From Mobula hypostoma (lineage: Eukaryota): a DNA stretch of 64,000 nt. The notes under the pieces are model-generated. The model did no database searches. It worked only from the letters and a program-made list of their open reading frames with translations, and had not been told where the DNA came from. Within the stretch, counting starts at the first letter, position 1. Each line of letters opens with the position of its first letter. This document shows, piece after piece, positions 1 to 12,236 of the stretch. The position numbers and the translations under genes were made by a program. The stretch spans positions 123,134,001 through 123,198,000 of the forward strand of contig NC_086097.1 in the NCBI RefSeq assembly GCF_963921235.1, given 5' to 3'.

Positions 1-440
1 AGGTTCTGACTAGTATCAGTCGTGCACACTTGTGTGGCCATTAGACATTACACCGTGCTCAGAGCAAACGCTTTTTAAGTAGTGTCAGCTGCATTTGTTC
101 GTGTTCAAAAATTTTTCTCACAGATTGTTGGCAAGTAAGAAAATTCTGAACTGTTTTGTTGACTGTGATTTCAAGCATTCAGGCTTGGAGATGCCAGAAG
201 CAGCCGGGAGTAAGAATAAAACGATTTCACCACTTCAGCAAGTTAGGAGCTGTGATGAATTTGAAGGTATTGACAATCACCTTAAATGTTACAATGAAAA
301 TGAAGATTTGGAGGATGCATTATTGATAAAATTATATGAAGGCAGTCCACTACCTATGCTAGGTGTCTGTACTGATTTTATTCATTGCATACACTGGATA
401 ACTATTTGGAACTAATACACAGTTTTATAGTACTGTAGTA
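1..440 (+). mobile_element. Tigger/pogo-derived DNA transposon remnant
   Basis: ORF 95-415 has acidic C-terminal pogo-transposase-like text (NCFVDCDF…EFEGIDNHLKCYNENEDLED); no TIR visible in the window. Confidence 0.45.
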
Positions 441-754
441 TACTGGTGGGTTCTAATTTGTACTGTATTTCATTTGGAGGCTACCTTATTAAATATATTC
501 AAGACATAGATTTTTGCATAGCAGGGAACTTAAGGGTAATGGAGAAAATGCAGGTAGGCGGAGGTGAGTCTACAGTCAGATCAACCATGATCTTATTGAA
601 GCAGGTACGTTGGAACAGATGGCATACTCCTGGTGGAGGCAGTAGGAATTAGCCAAAATGAATCTACATGTTCTAAGCATGGAAAAACTGTCCTGCCTAG
701 CATCACAAGGTTTAACATATGAGGCTGACTGCTCAGTCTTAATCCTCCTCTTCA

Positions 755-1283
755 TTTGGAAGAAGACACACCAGTGGCTATATTTCGTAAGGAGTCTGAG
801 GAGATTTAGTATGTCACCAAAGAGTCTTGCTAATTTCTACAGATGTACCGTGGAGAGCAATCTGACTGGTTGCAATACTATCTGGTATGGAAATGTCAGT
901 GCACAGGATTCAAAAAAGCCAGCTCCATCATCAGCCTCCCTACCATCTACGACTCCTTCAACAGGCAATGCCTCAAGATGCAGCATCCTTCATTAAGTAC
1001 CCCCACCACCCAGGTCATGCCCTCTTCTAATTGCTACCGTCAGGGAGGAGATACAGGAGCCTGAAGACACACACGGAGTGTTTTAGGAACAACTTCTTCC
1101 CCTCCACCATCAGATTTCTGAATGGACATTGAACCCAGGGACACTTCCTCATATTTTGCACTACTTAGTTTTTTAAATATTTTTCTTATGGTAATTTCTT
1201 ACTTTTTTATATTGCACTCTGCTACTGCCACAAAACAACAAATTTCGTGACATAGGTAAGTGATAATAAACCTGATTCTGATT
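755..1283 (+). mobile_element. Rex1/Babar-type LINE 3' fragment
   Basis: LYFVRSLRRFSMSPKSLANFYRCTVESNLTGCNTIWYGN motif; ends aataaacctgattctgattc tail. Confidence 0.75.
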
Positions 1284-1477
1284 CGTTTTCCACTTCTTCT
1301 CCTCCTACAATCTCTTCTTTCCCATTCCTTCCCCTTCCTTCTCTTACCACCCGACTCATTTTCCAAAATATGCAAGAAGTCCAATCTGATCTGATCTGAA
1401 ACCTACAGAAACCCTGCGTCCCATGTCAGGGAAGATGATACACTCAGGTCCCAGTTCTGCATTAGAGACTTTTCAGA

Positions 1478-1935
1478 GACCATAAGACCATAGGCTATAG
1501 AGCAGAATTAGGCCACTTGACCCATCGAGTCTGCTCCACCATTTCATCATGGCTGATCCATTTCCCCCTCAGCCCCAATCTCCTGTCATCTCCTGTATCT
1601 CTTTATGCCCTGACTAATCAAGAATCTATCAACCTCTGCCTTACATATACCCAAAGACTTGGCCTCCACAGCCACCCGTGGCAACAAATTCCACAGATTC
1701 ACCACACTCTGGTGAAAGAAATTCCTCCTCAACTCCATTCTATTATGAGGCAGTGTCCTCTGGTCTTGGACTCCCCCTCCATAGGAAACATCTTTTTTTT
1801 ACTCAACCTCTCTATAGGGCCTTTTAACAGTTGAGAGGTTTCAATGAGACCCCCCTTTCCCATTCTACTGAGAGTTCTACAGGCTCAGGGCCATCAAAAC
1901 TCCGTATATAATAAGCCTTTCAATCCTACAAGCAC
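1478..1935 (-). mobile_element. CR1 LINE 3' fragment
   Basis: Reverse complement of the CR1 3' end also seen at 45300-45546 (…ggcctaattctgctc…cttatggtc repeats). Confidence 0.75.
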
Positions 1936-2261
1936 TTTGCCAGTCTGGATACTTGTGGATACTAGTGTTTAAAATAGCTGCTCCAGCATCTGCCCGGAAT
2001 TGTAGAGAGAACAGCAGAGGCTCCATGGAACTGCCACTCCACTAGTGCCTTTGGTCTGATCTGGCAGCTCATTGTCCCGACCGTGAAGAGATGGTAGAAC
2101 CTGAGGTCAGCCTGTGAAGTCACCCTCCAAAGCTACATGTGGCTCTCCTCAGCCATGTTACTGCCACTGTTACGGCAGACAAAAATTCACAAACATCAGG
2201 TAAGAAAGGAGGTTTCATCCCATTTTCTATACAAAGAATCTCTCAATGTTTTCAATCAAAA

Positions 2262-3055
2262 GAAACTTTATTCATCATAAAATTTATTTACACAAATAAA
2301 CTGTGCAATGCCTGATTATTCTTACGTTCATAGGCAATGTGTTATGTATAGTTCTATTACATCTCTTATAACCTTAGCACTGTTGCCACTCATGTGGCCC
2401 CCTGGAGTAGGGCACCACTATAATAATTCAGGGGCTTCCTCATCCAACCCAACCCCTCAATGTCCAGTTGCAGAAAAACCCTATACTGTGGTCCTTCCCC
2501 TGTCACCCCCCTGAGCTCTTGCAGTTGCTGCACCAAACTTCAGTGTGTCCCTCAGCACATACTTTTTCAGCCTGGAATATATCAGTTGGCACCTCTGCTT
2601 TATGGACATCTTGACGTGCTAGCACAACGATAAGTTTCAGGCAGACCAACAGGCATCCTTCACCAAGTTGATCTTCTAGCAGTACCTGATGTCCATCTCT
2701 GATAAAATCTCGCAGATCAGAAAGTCATCTGACATGCAGCTCCTCAGAATGAACCATTACACAGGCCGTTGCATCCTTCTCCAACCTTCTTCGCAAGCCC
2801 ACAGTCCGCAAAGAGATCTCCTTCCCACTACAGTCATCCTATGAGCAATGTACAGTGGAAGTGATGGTCTGGACACACAGGAAGGATCTGACAAGGAGGT
2901 ACCACTATCACTGCCAGCCAGGCAAAGTCTTGATGCCTGTTGGTGAGATCTAGCAATGAACATCTAGTTCATCAAGTTCTTCTCCTGCAGCATCTGCAGC
3001 ATATTCCATTTTGACCACTGCCTGATGCTGGGCCAAAAGACCTCTTCTCCGAAGG
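2262..3055 (-). mobile_element. Degenerate Tx1/L1-like LINE 3' fragment
   Basis: aataaa-containing end on the minus strand; decayed post-RT Cys/His region (ORF 2757-2963 …EEGWRRMQR). Confidence 0.4.
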
Positions 3056-3067
3056 ACAGGCAGCACA

Positions 3068-3450
3068 GCAACATGCATGGTTATTTGAGTTACTGTTGCC
3101 TTCCCGTCAGCTTGACCCAGTCTGGCCATTCTCCTCTGACCGCTCTCATTAAAAAGGCATTTTCGTCCACAGAACTGACACTCACTGGATGTTTCGTGTA
3201 TTTTGTATCATTCTCTGTAAACATTAGGGACTACTGAGTGTGAAAATCTCAAACCAGCCCATCTGGCATCAACTCTTATTCCATGGCCAAAGTCACTTAG
3301 ACCACATCACATTTGGTCTAGACAACATCTGAACCTTTTGACCATGACAGCATGCTTTTATGCAATGAATTGCTGCCACATGATTGGCTGATTAGCTATT
3401 TGCATTAATGAGCAGGTGAACAAGTGTACCTAATAAAGTGGCCACTGAGG
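3068..3450 (-). mobile_element. Tc1-derived non-autonomous element
   Basis: Terminus cctaataaagtggccactga; homologous to the copies at 11213, 32440, 47790, 48605 and 61703. Confidence 0.75.
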
Positions 3451-4167
3451 TAAACATAAAACTCAGCCACTGCCATGGGCAAAGTGCTCCAGATACATCC
3501 TGTGGCTGAGGCTCAGCTTACACATAGTGGACAGGCTGATGCCTTTGAGAATCTCAAGTCTCCCTAAAGAATCTCCTGACCAAAGTAATTTTCCCTCCGT
3601 TCATTCTGCCTCTTCTGGACTACAAGTCATTTCCAGCTCTTGGAAAGAAACAGCAGCCCTTCACCAATGAAGTAAATTGGTAAACTTGTTTATTATTGTC
3701 ACATGTACTGAGATACAGTGTCTTGCATACTGTTTGTACAGGTCAATTCATTACAACATGCTGAGATAAGGCAAGGGAGAACAACAGAGTGCAGATTAAA
3801 CTGCTGCCCTGCAGAGAAAGTTCAGTGCAGGTAGACAATAAGGTGCAAGCTCATAACAAGGTAGATTGTGAACTCAAGAGTGCATGTTATCGTACCAGAG
3901 AACTGTTCAACAGTCTGGACGCAGTGGGGTAGAAGCTGTCCTTGAGCCCAGTAGTATATGTGCTTTCAGGCTTTTTTGTGCTCCGTGCCTGGGGAGGGTG
4001 GGGTCTTTGATTCCGTTGGCTGCTCGAGCGAGATAATGAGCAGTATAGACAGAGCCCGTGGAGGGGAGACTGGTTTCCTTGATGTGCTGAGCAGTGCCCA
4101 CAACTCTCTGCAGTTTCCCGCAGTCACTTGCAAGAACAGTTGCCATACCAAACTGTTATACGTCCAG

Positions 4168-5305
4168 ATAGAACATAAAACAGAAATCTACAGCACATTA
4201 CAGGCCCTTCGGCCCACAATGTTGTGCTGACCATGTAACCTACTCTAGAAACTGCCTAGAATTTCCCTGCCACATAGCCCTCTATTCTTCTAAGCTCCGA
4301 GCATCCATCTAAGTCTCTTGAAAGACCCTATTGTATCTGTCTCTACCACTGTCACTGACAGTGCATTCCACACACCCACCACACTCTGTTTCTCTGACAA
4401 CCCCTCTGTACCTACTTCCAAGCACCTTAAAACTATACCCCCTCATGTCAGCCATTTCAGCCCTGTGAAAAAGCCCCTGGCTCTCCACACAATCAATGCC
4501 TTTCATCATCTTATCCACCCTATTAGGTCACCTCCGTCACTCCAAGGAGAAAAGGCTATTTATTCTACCTGTTCTCATAAGGCACACTCTCCAATCCAGG
4601 CAACATCTTTGTAAGTCTCCTCTGCACTCCTTCCTTAGTATCCACATCCTTCCTGTAGTGAGGTGACAAGAACTGAACACAGTACTCCAAGTGGGGTCTA
4701 ACCAAGGTCCTATACAGCTTTAACATTATGTCATGGCTCAATCCCATGGTTGATGCATGCCAACTTACCATATGTGCTCTAAACAACAGTCAACCTGTGC
4801 AGCAGCTCTGAGTGCCCTATGGACATGGACCCCAAGATCTCTCTGATCCTCCACACTGCCAAGTCTTACTGTTAATATTATATTCTGTCTTCAAATTCAA
4901 CTCCGTCTGCCACTTCTCAGCCCAGCTCTGCATCCTATTGATGTCCCGCTGTAACTTCTAACAATTCTCCAAACTATTCACAACATCCCCAACTTTTGTG
5001 TCATCAGCAAACTTACTAACCTACCCTTCATCCAGATCATTTATAAAAATCACAAAGAGAAGGAGTACCAGAACAGATCCCTGCGGAACACCATTGGTTA
5101 CCGACCTCAATGCAGAATACGAATCATCTGTAACCACCCTTTGCCTTCCGTGGGCAAGCCAATTCTGGACCCACAAAGCAAGGTTTCCTTGGATCCCATG
5201 CCTCCTTACCTTCTGAATGAGCCTGGCATGGGGAACCTTATCAAATGCCTTACTGAAATCCATTTACACTACACCCACTGCTCTACCTTCATCAATGTGT
5301 TGCTT
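4168..5305 (-). mobile_element. CR1 LINE 3' portion
   Basis: MDFSKAFDKVPHARL…GVPQGSVL…FINDLD (5021-5263); LYRTLVRPHLEYCVQF (4565-4786). Confidence 0.85.
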
Positions 5306-5662
5306 TCATAAGCTACTTTCTACGGTGCATTAATAAAAATTAGTGATGGCCAACGGGTACATGAGGAAGTAGAGATGTTGGTGAATTATCTTCACTGTGG
5401 TGTCTATGTGGTTGGATCAGGACTTCTGGGCAATTGAGTCTCTCAACCCTCCCAACCTCAAGGCTGTTGCTGTAAACAGGGGTATGTGCACCACCACCTC
5501 CCCCACTTTCCTGAAGTCAATGACCAGCTCTTTGGTTTTGTTGACATTGAGGGAAAGGTTGTTCTCATGTTACCATCTCACTATGCTCGCTATCTCCTTC
5601 CTATACTTCGACTCGTTGTCATCTGATATAGCCCACTATGATGGTATAATCTGCAAACTTGT

Positions 5663-6121
5663 TGTCACAAACATGCACTCTGCTGCAGGGTCTACGTGCC
5701 TCTGCAGGTGGGCTGTGCAACAAGTTTGGCAATCGCGCTCATGAGCGTGAACATTCCATCTAATTACTGTTTCATTATGGTGGTATTTAACTCCCTTCTT
5801 TTCATTGCAGTCCTGTTGAGACTTGACCAAAAGCACAGCAACGTTACGCTCCCTGCTTACTCTCATCCTTTTCTGGGAAAGAGGACTACAACTTCGACTG
5901 ACACTGTAAAGGAGCAGTATTCATCTGGGTATTGTTTCCAGCTGTGGTGTTGGCATTTAATTTCAGTTTGACAGTTTTGTTAACGGCCCGGTTGACATAG
6001 CACTTAAAGTTTTTTCTGTTCCTTTAAGATCTGCAACAGTTCTCATTAAAGTCAGCGAACTGTCCACCCGCTTCAGTGTCTCTCTCTCTCCGTACTTGGG
6101 CCATATCCAATTGTTCTTACA
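5663..6121 (+). mobile_element. Solo LTR (459 bp)
   Basis: Starts TGTCACA and ends TTACA. 5-bp TSD CTTGT at 5658-5662 and 6122-6126; removing it restores the host LINE (ctgcaaacttgtaggtgg). ATTAAA near 6045. Confidence 0.75.
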
Positions 6122-7021
6122 CTTGTAGGTGGACTCATAGAGCAGAATCTGACCATGCAGAGATGAGTGTATAGGGAGTAGAGTAGGAAACTGAGGACTG
6201 AACCTTGTGGGTGCCAGTTTTGAGGATAATAATGGCAGAGGTGATGGTCTGTTGTGAAGGCCGATGCAATTGGAGATGAGTTTCCTTGGAATTATAGCAT
6301 TGAAGGCTAAACTGCCATCAGTAAACAATTTATAACGTAAGTGTCTTAACTGTCCAGCTGTTGCAGAGATGAGTGTAGAGCCAAGGAGATAATGTTTCCG
6401 TGGACCTGTTTCAATTATAAGAGGGTTGCAGTGGGTTGAGCTTGTCTGCAAGGCTGGAGTTCAATGTGTAATGATCAGCCTCTGAAGCACACCATAATGG
6501 TGAATGTCAGAGCCACTAGGTGGTAGTCAAAAAGGCACATTACTTTGTTTTCCTTTGGTACTGGCTTGATTGTGGTTTTGTGAAAGCAGATGGGAACCTC
6601 TGATTGAAGCATGGAGAGGTTAAAAATGTCTGCAAATACCCTTGACAGCTGATCCGCACAGGATGTAAAGTCACGGCCAGGAGCACCATCAGGGCCAGAT
6701 ACTTCCATGGGTTCACTCTCCATAAGACTGAGCTTCACTACAGCGTGGAGATTGGATCAAATACCAATTTTATCATCATATACATCTGCATGTATTAGAA
6801 TTTGTTATGGTGTGTTGGACAGGGCATGACATGAAACAAAAAAGCAACAACATTCAACAATTATAATAATAAAAAATTATAGAGACAAAGCTAATATAGG
6901 TAGAGGCTCCACGGGAGCGAAGCGGTTAACACAATGTTTTACAGCAGCCAACTGCAAAATCAGGGTCCAATTACTGTCTCATCCAAGTCACCTTCACCCC
7001 AAAATGATCGATGTCTTCCTT

Positions 7022-7295
7022 TGGGTGGTATAGTGGTTAGCATAACGCAATTACAGTGCCAGCGACCGAGGTTCAGTTCCCATTGCACTCTGTAAGGAGT
7101 TTGCACGTTACCCCCATGACTGTGTGTGCTCCGGATTTCCCCCACAATCCAAAGACGTCCTGGTTGATGGGTTAATTGGTCATTGTAAAATTTTCCTGTG
7201 ACTAGGCTAGGATGAAGTTGAGGGAATCGCTGGTTGGCACAGCTCGAAGTGCCAGAATGGTCTACTCTGCTCTGTAGCCCAATGAATAAATAAAT
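7022..7295 (+). mobile_element. tRNA-derived V-SINE (HE1-like)
   Basis: A/B-box-like head (tagtggttag…ggttcagttcc), V-core ggagtttgcacgtt…gtgctccggatttcc…ccaaagacgt, and (AAAT)n tail. Related copies at about 23490-23730(+), 27535-27825(-), 59085-59320(-), 60470-60710(+), 62870-63165(-), 63920-64000(+). Confidence 0.7.
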
Positions 7296-7404
7296 AGATT
7301 GGACCCATGGGAGTAATTGGGCAATACTGGCTCATTGGGCTGGCAGGGCCTGCTACTGTGCTGTATCTCTACATTTAAATCTTAAGGCAGTACATTAGGA
7401 TTAG

Positions 7405-8039
7405 GATTAGGATCTCACCTGGTCCCTGGACTCCTCCATCCTGATCAAAAAAGCGCAACAGCACCTTTATTTCCTGCAGAGCATGAAGAAAGCTCACCAC
7501 TCCCAGGATACTGATGGACTTTTACCGCTGTACTATTGAGAGCATACTCACCAACTGCAACTCAGTGTGGTATGGTATCAGACCGCAAAGCACTCCAGCA
7601 TATGGTGAAAACTGCCCAGTGGATTATCGGCACCCAATTGCCCACCATTGAGAACATCTACCATAAATGCTGCCTGGGCAGGACGAAAAGCATTATCAGG
7701 GATACATCTTACCCTAACCATGGACTTTTTACTCTCCTCCCATCCGGTAGTTGCTACAGGAGCCTCCACTCCTGCACCAGGAGGCACAGGAAGAGCTTCT
7801 TCCCTGAGGCTGTGACACTGCTGAACCTCTCATCACAGCGCTAAGCAGTATTGCACCCATATTGTACTGTCTCAGTACTTCAATATTTGTGTGCTGTAGC
7901 ACTTTTTTAATTCACAGTTATTTTGTAAATAACACTATTCTTTGCATTTCTGGTCAGATACAAAATGCATTTCATTGGCTTTGTATCTGTACTCGGCACA
8001 ATGACAATGAAGTTGAATCTAATCTAATCTAATCTAATT
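7405..8039 (+). mobile_element. Rex1/Babar-type LINE 3' fragment
   Basis: Close inverted-orientation copy of 28452-29420; (CTAAT)n tail at 8018-8039. Confidence 0.8.
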
Positions 8040-8664
8040 AGCACAAAGAATGTGGGTTGAAGAGCCCGTTCCCATGCAGATTGACTCTATGACTCTTAAA
8101 TCCAACAGACGACTGATTCTCCCTCTCATTTTGCTGAAATTCCCACCTTAAGACCAACTTAAGTGTATTTATAGCACAGCACAAGCCCCGTTCTCGAAGA
8201 TTGGGATACTGATAATTAACACAGAAACGAGAGTTAAGTGATGTGACTGTGCTATTTGTGTCCGTCTCATATTAGTTATTCACCTACTGGCAACAATTAA
8301 AATCTGAGCTATATGGAAACAGGTGTCTGATGTTTAAAAATGCAAAATGCGGGGAACGAGCCATGCACCAGAAGCGTTTAAACTGGTGGCCTGAATATGT
8401 CTGGAACAAACTTTGCTCGTTTATAAAGGGAGCCGAGTACATCTGTCATTTATTACGTTAAAAATAAAACTCTCCGTGCTGGAACCTGACATGTTTCACA
8501 ATTGATCCAAACTGCCTAAGTCCAGCTAAATTCCAACTGCTGGCTTTTGTGCACAGAAACAATCTTCTACTCAGCAAATTCAGAAAAGTGAAACCACTTT
8601 TTTTGCTGATTGCAATCAGCAATAGCTTGACATGTAACAGGATGACAAATTCCAACCATTCAAT

Positions 8665-9030
8665 GGCAACATCCTTGTAAATTTTCCCTGCTCTCTTTCA
8701 ATCTTATTGATATCTTTCCTGTAGGTAGGTGACCAGAACTGCACACAATGCTCTAAATTAGGCCTCACCAACTTGTTATACAGTTTCAATATAATATCCC
8801 AACTCTGTACTCAATACTATGAAGGAAAATGTGCCAAAAGCTCTCTTTACCACCCTATCAACCTGGGATGCTTCCTTCAAGGAATTATGGATCCATATTC
8901 CCAGATCTCTCAGTTCTATCGCACTCAGTGCCCTAAAATACACTGTATGAGCCCTACACCAGTTTGTTCTCTGACTGCAACACCTCACACTTGTCTGCAT
9001 TAAATCCCATCTGCCATTTTTTCAGCCCAA
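8665..9030 (-). mobile_element. CR1 LINE fragment
   Basis: RDLGIWIHNSLKEASQVDRVVKRAFG (ORF 8776-9000). Confidence 0.7.
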
Positions 9031-9348
9031 TATCAACTCCTGCCTAACCAAGGACCTGGACCCACTGCAGTTTGCCTATTGCCACAATACATCTCCAGCA
9101 GATGCAATGTCACTGGCTCTCCACTCAGCCTTGGATCACCTGCACAATACTAATACCTACGTCAGGCTGCTGCTTTTTGATTACAGCTCTGCGTTCAACA
9201 CCATCGTACCCTCAGTTCTAATCAACAAGCTCCAAAACCTGGGCCTCTGTACCTCCCTCTGCAACTGGATCCTTGACTTCCTCATCCGGAGACCATAGTC
9301 TAAAAGAATCGGAAACAAAATTTTGTCCTCATTGATAATCAACACTGG

Positions 9349-9782
9349 TCCAACCTGATGGCATGAACATCGACTTCTCTAACTTCCGCTAATGCCCCAC
9401 CTCCCCCTCGTACCCCATCCGTTATTTATTTTTATACACAAATTCTTTCTCTCTCTCTCCTTTTTCTCCCTCTGTCCCTCTCACTATACCCCTTGCCCAT
9501 CCTCTGGGTCCCCCCCCCCTTGTCTTTCTCCCTGGGCCTCCTATCCCATGATCCTCTAATATCCCCTTTGCCAATCACCTGTCCAGCTCTTGGCTCTATC
9601 CCTCCCCCTCCTGTCTTCTCCTATCATTTTGGATCTCCCCCTCCCCCTCCCACTTTCAAATCTCTTACTAACTCTTCCTTCAGTTAGTCCTGACGAAGGG
9701 TCTCGGCCTGAAACGTCGACTGTACCTCTTCCTGGAGATGCTGCCTGGCCTGCTGCGTTCACCAGCAACTTTGATGTGTGTT
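9349..9782 (+). mobile_element. Penelope-like element 3' end/pLTR
   Basis: Near-identical to 32120-32437 and extends through the ribozyme-bearing terminus; flanked by ACTGG direct repeat (9344-9348, 9783-9787). Confidence 0.8.
9685..9722 (+). ncRNA. Minimal type I hammerhead ribozyme motif in Penelope pLTR
   Basis: UAGUC-CUGACGA-AGGGUCUCGGCCU-GAAA-CGUC^GACUG: stem I AGUC/GACU, both conserved core boxes, stem II AGG/CCU, palindromic ACGU in place of stem III, GUC triplet. Confidence 0.7.
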
Positions 9783-11212
9783 ACTGGCACACCTCAACGT
9801 TCTGTGCTTAGCCCACTGCTCTACTCTCTCTACAACCACAATTGTGTGGTTAGGCACAGCTCAAACAGCACCAACAGATTTGTCAACGGCACAGCTACTG
9901 TTTGCAGAATTTCAGATAGTGATGAAGAGGTGTACAGAAGTAAGATAGATCAGCTGGTTGAGTGGTGTTGCAGCAACAAATCTGCACATCAATAATACCA
10001 TGGAACTGATTGTGGGTTTCAGGAAGAGGAAGACAACGGAACACACACCAGTCCTCATCAAGGGATCAGAGGTGGATAGGATGAGCAGTTTCAAGTTCCT
10101 GGGTGTCAACGTCTCTGAAGATCTATGCTGGACCTAACCTATTGATACAATTACAAAGACAGCAGCTATATTTCATTGAGGAGACTTGGTATGTCACCAA
10201 AGACACTAGCAAATTGCTACAGATGTACCATGGAGAGGATTCTAACTGGTTGAATCGCTATCTGGTATGGAGTGGCCATCGCACAGGACTGGAAAAAGCT
10301 GCAGAAAATTGTAAAATTAGCCAGCTTCATCATGGGCACCAGCCTCTCCGGCATCCAGGTCACCTTCCAAAGGTGATGCCTCAAAAAGGCGGCATCCATC
10401 GCCCTGCATGTATAGTTTAAATGCCCCCAGGACAGCACCAGTAAAGTCCCCCTCAAGATCTGTACCAGTTCCACCTTCTCTGCAAGAAAGCCCAAAGATC
10501 CAAAAATCTGAAGCCCTCCCTCCGTATTCCTCTGGAGGTTCTGTCCTTTAAGTTAGCATCTAACCCCTTGACCTTATCACCCTTCCTGCCTATGTCAATG
10601 GTGCTGATGTGGACGACAACATCTGGCTGCTCACCCTCCCACTTAAAAATGCTATGAACTCATTCCAAGATGTCCCTGACCCTGACATGTGGGAGTCAAC
10701 AAACCATCCGGGAATCCTCAGAGCCTTGTAGATGTCTGTTCCCGACAGAGAGCAGAAGCTTGGGTAAGCCGGTGAGTTTTGAAAGGCAAGCATGCTCCAA
10801 AGGATGAAATCCTAGTGACTAAAAGGACTGTTGTCATTTGTTAGGCGAAAGAGGGAATAAATGGGTGTAATGTAGCGAGGAGTTTAAAAGTAGTGCTGGA
10901 GAAGGCAGACATTTAAATGACAAAGTCAACGGCATGTAATTTGAACATTTGGGAAGAGAGTCAGTGGGAACGAGTGTGATGGAGAACGGAGAAATAGATC
11001 TACACATTCGGGCACCAAGGTAGAACATGGGATATGAACAGATCAGATGAGCTTATATCAAGTCAAAGTAAATTTATTATCAAAGTACATATATGTTACC
11101 ATATACTTCCTTGATATTCATTTTTTGCAGCCATTTACAGGAAAGTAAAGATGCAAATGATCTTGAGGAACATATCGATGATACTATGGTGATGACATAA
11201 TGGATGGAAATA

Positions 11213-12236
11213 TACTCAGTGGCCATTTTATTAGGTACACCTGCTCGTTAATGCAAATATCTAATCAGCCAATCATGTAGCAGCAACTTAATGCATAAAA
11301 GCATGCAAGCAAGGTCAAGAAGTTTAATTATTGTTCAGACCAAACATTAGAATGGGGAAGAAATGTGACCTAAGTGATTTTGACCATGGAATTATTGTTG
11401 GTGCCAGACGGGCTGGTTTGAGCATCTCAGAAACTGCTGATTTCCTGGGATTTTCACGCACAACAGTCTCTAGAGTTTACAGAGAATGGTGTGAGAACAA
11501 AACAAAGTCCAGTGAGCAGCAGTTCTGTGGGCAAAAGGTCAGAGGAGAATGGCTAGACTGGTTCAGAGTTTAAAGTTCAAAGTTCAAAGTAAATTTATTA
11601 TTAAAGTACATAGATGTCACCATATACAACTCTAAGATTCATTTTCTTGTGAGCATACTCAAAAAATCCACAACAGGACAACAACCATAACAGAATCAAT
11701 AAAAGAACCACACTGACTTAGGTGTTCAGCCAGTGTACAAAAGACAGTAAACTCTGCCAATACAACAGGAATGAAATTATAATAATAAATAAATATATAA
11801 GCAGCAAATATCAAGACCCTGAGATGAAGAGTCCAGGAAAATTAGTTGTTGGCACATTTTAATGATAGGGCAAGTGGTTGAGTGAAGTTATCCCCTCTGG
11901 TTCAATGCCTGATGGTTGAGGGGTAGTAACTGTCTCTGACCCTGGTGGTGCAAGTCCTGAGGCTCCAGTACCTTCTTCCTGATGGCAGCAGTGAGAAGAG
12001 AACATGACCTGGGTGGCGGGGGGACCCACAACTCGGGTCATGCTCAACAGTAAGGAAGGTGACAGTAACTTAAATAATCTCATGTAACAACAGTGGTGCG
12101 CAGAAGAGCATCTCTGAACACACATTAGGTCAAAACTTGAAGTAGGTGGGCTATAACAGCTGAAAACCATGAACGTACACTCAGTGGCCACTTTATTATG
12201 TACAAGAGGCACCTAATTAAATGGACCCCGAGTGTA
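11213..12236 (+). mobile_element. Tc1-derived non-autonomous element with nested LINE fragment (about 11568-12048)
   Basis: Terminus cagtggccattttattaggtacacc; HTH remnant MGKKCDLSDFDHGIIVGARRAGLSISETADFLGFSRTTVSRVYREWC. Confidence 0.8.

Larger units (their letters stand above)
3685..6740 (-). mobile_element. Rex1/Babar-type LINE, decayed, with nested CR1 fragment and solo LTR
   Basis: RT fragments GPDGAPGRDFTSCADQLSRVFADIFNLSMLQSEVPICFHKTTIKPVPK (6475-6738) and KLQRVVGTAQHI (3907-4146). Confidence 0.7.
9035..10405 (+). mobile_element. Rex1/Babar-type LINE RT fragment interrupted by a Penelope 3' fragment
   Basis: DPLQFAY-like start, TYVRLLLFDYSSAFNTIVP…LCNWILDFL, then TGTPQRSVLSPLLYSLY after the insertion. 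Confidence 0.8.

Noticed and set aside
7022..7090. tRNA gene
   Set aside because: Degenerate tRNA-derived SINE head continuing into the V-domain; no complete cloverleaf.
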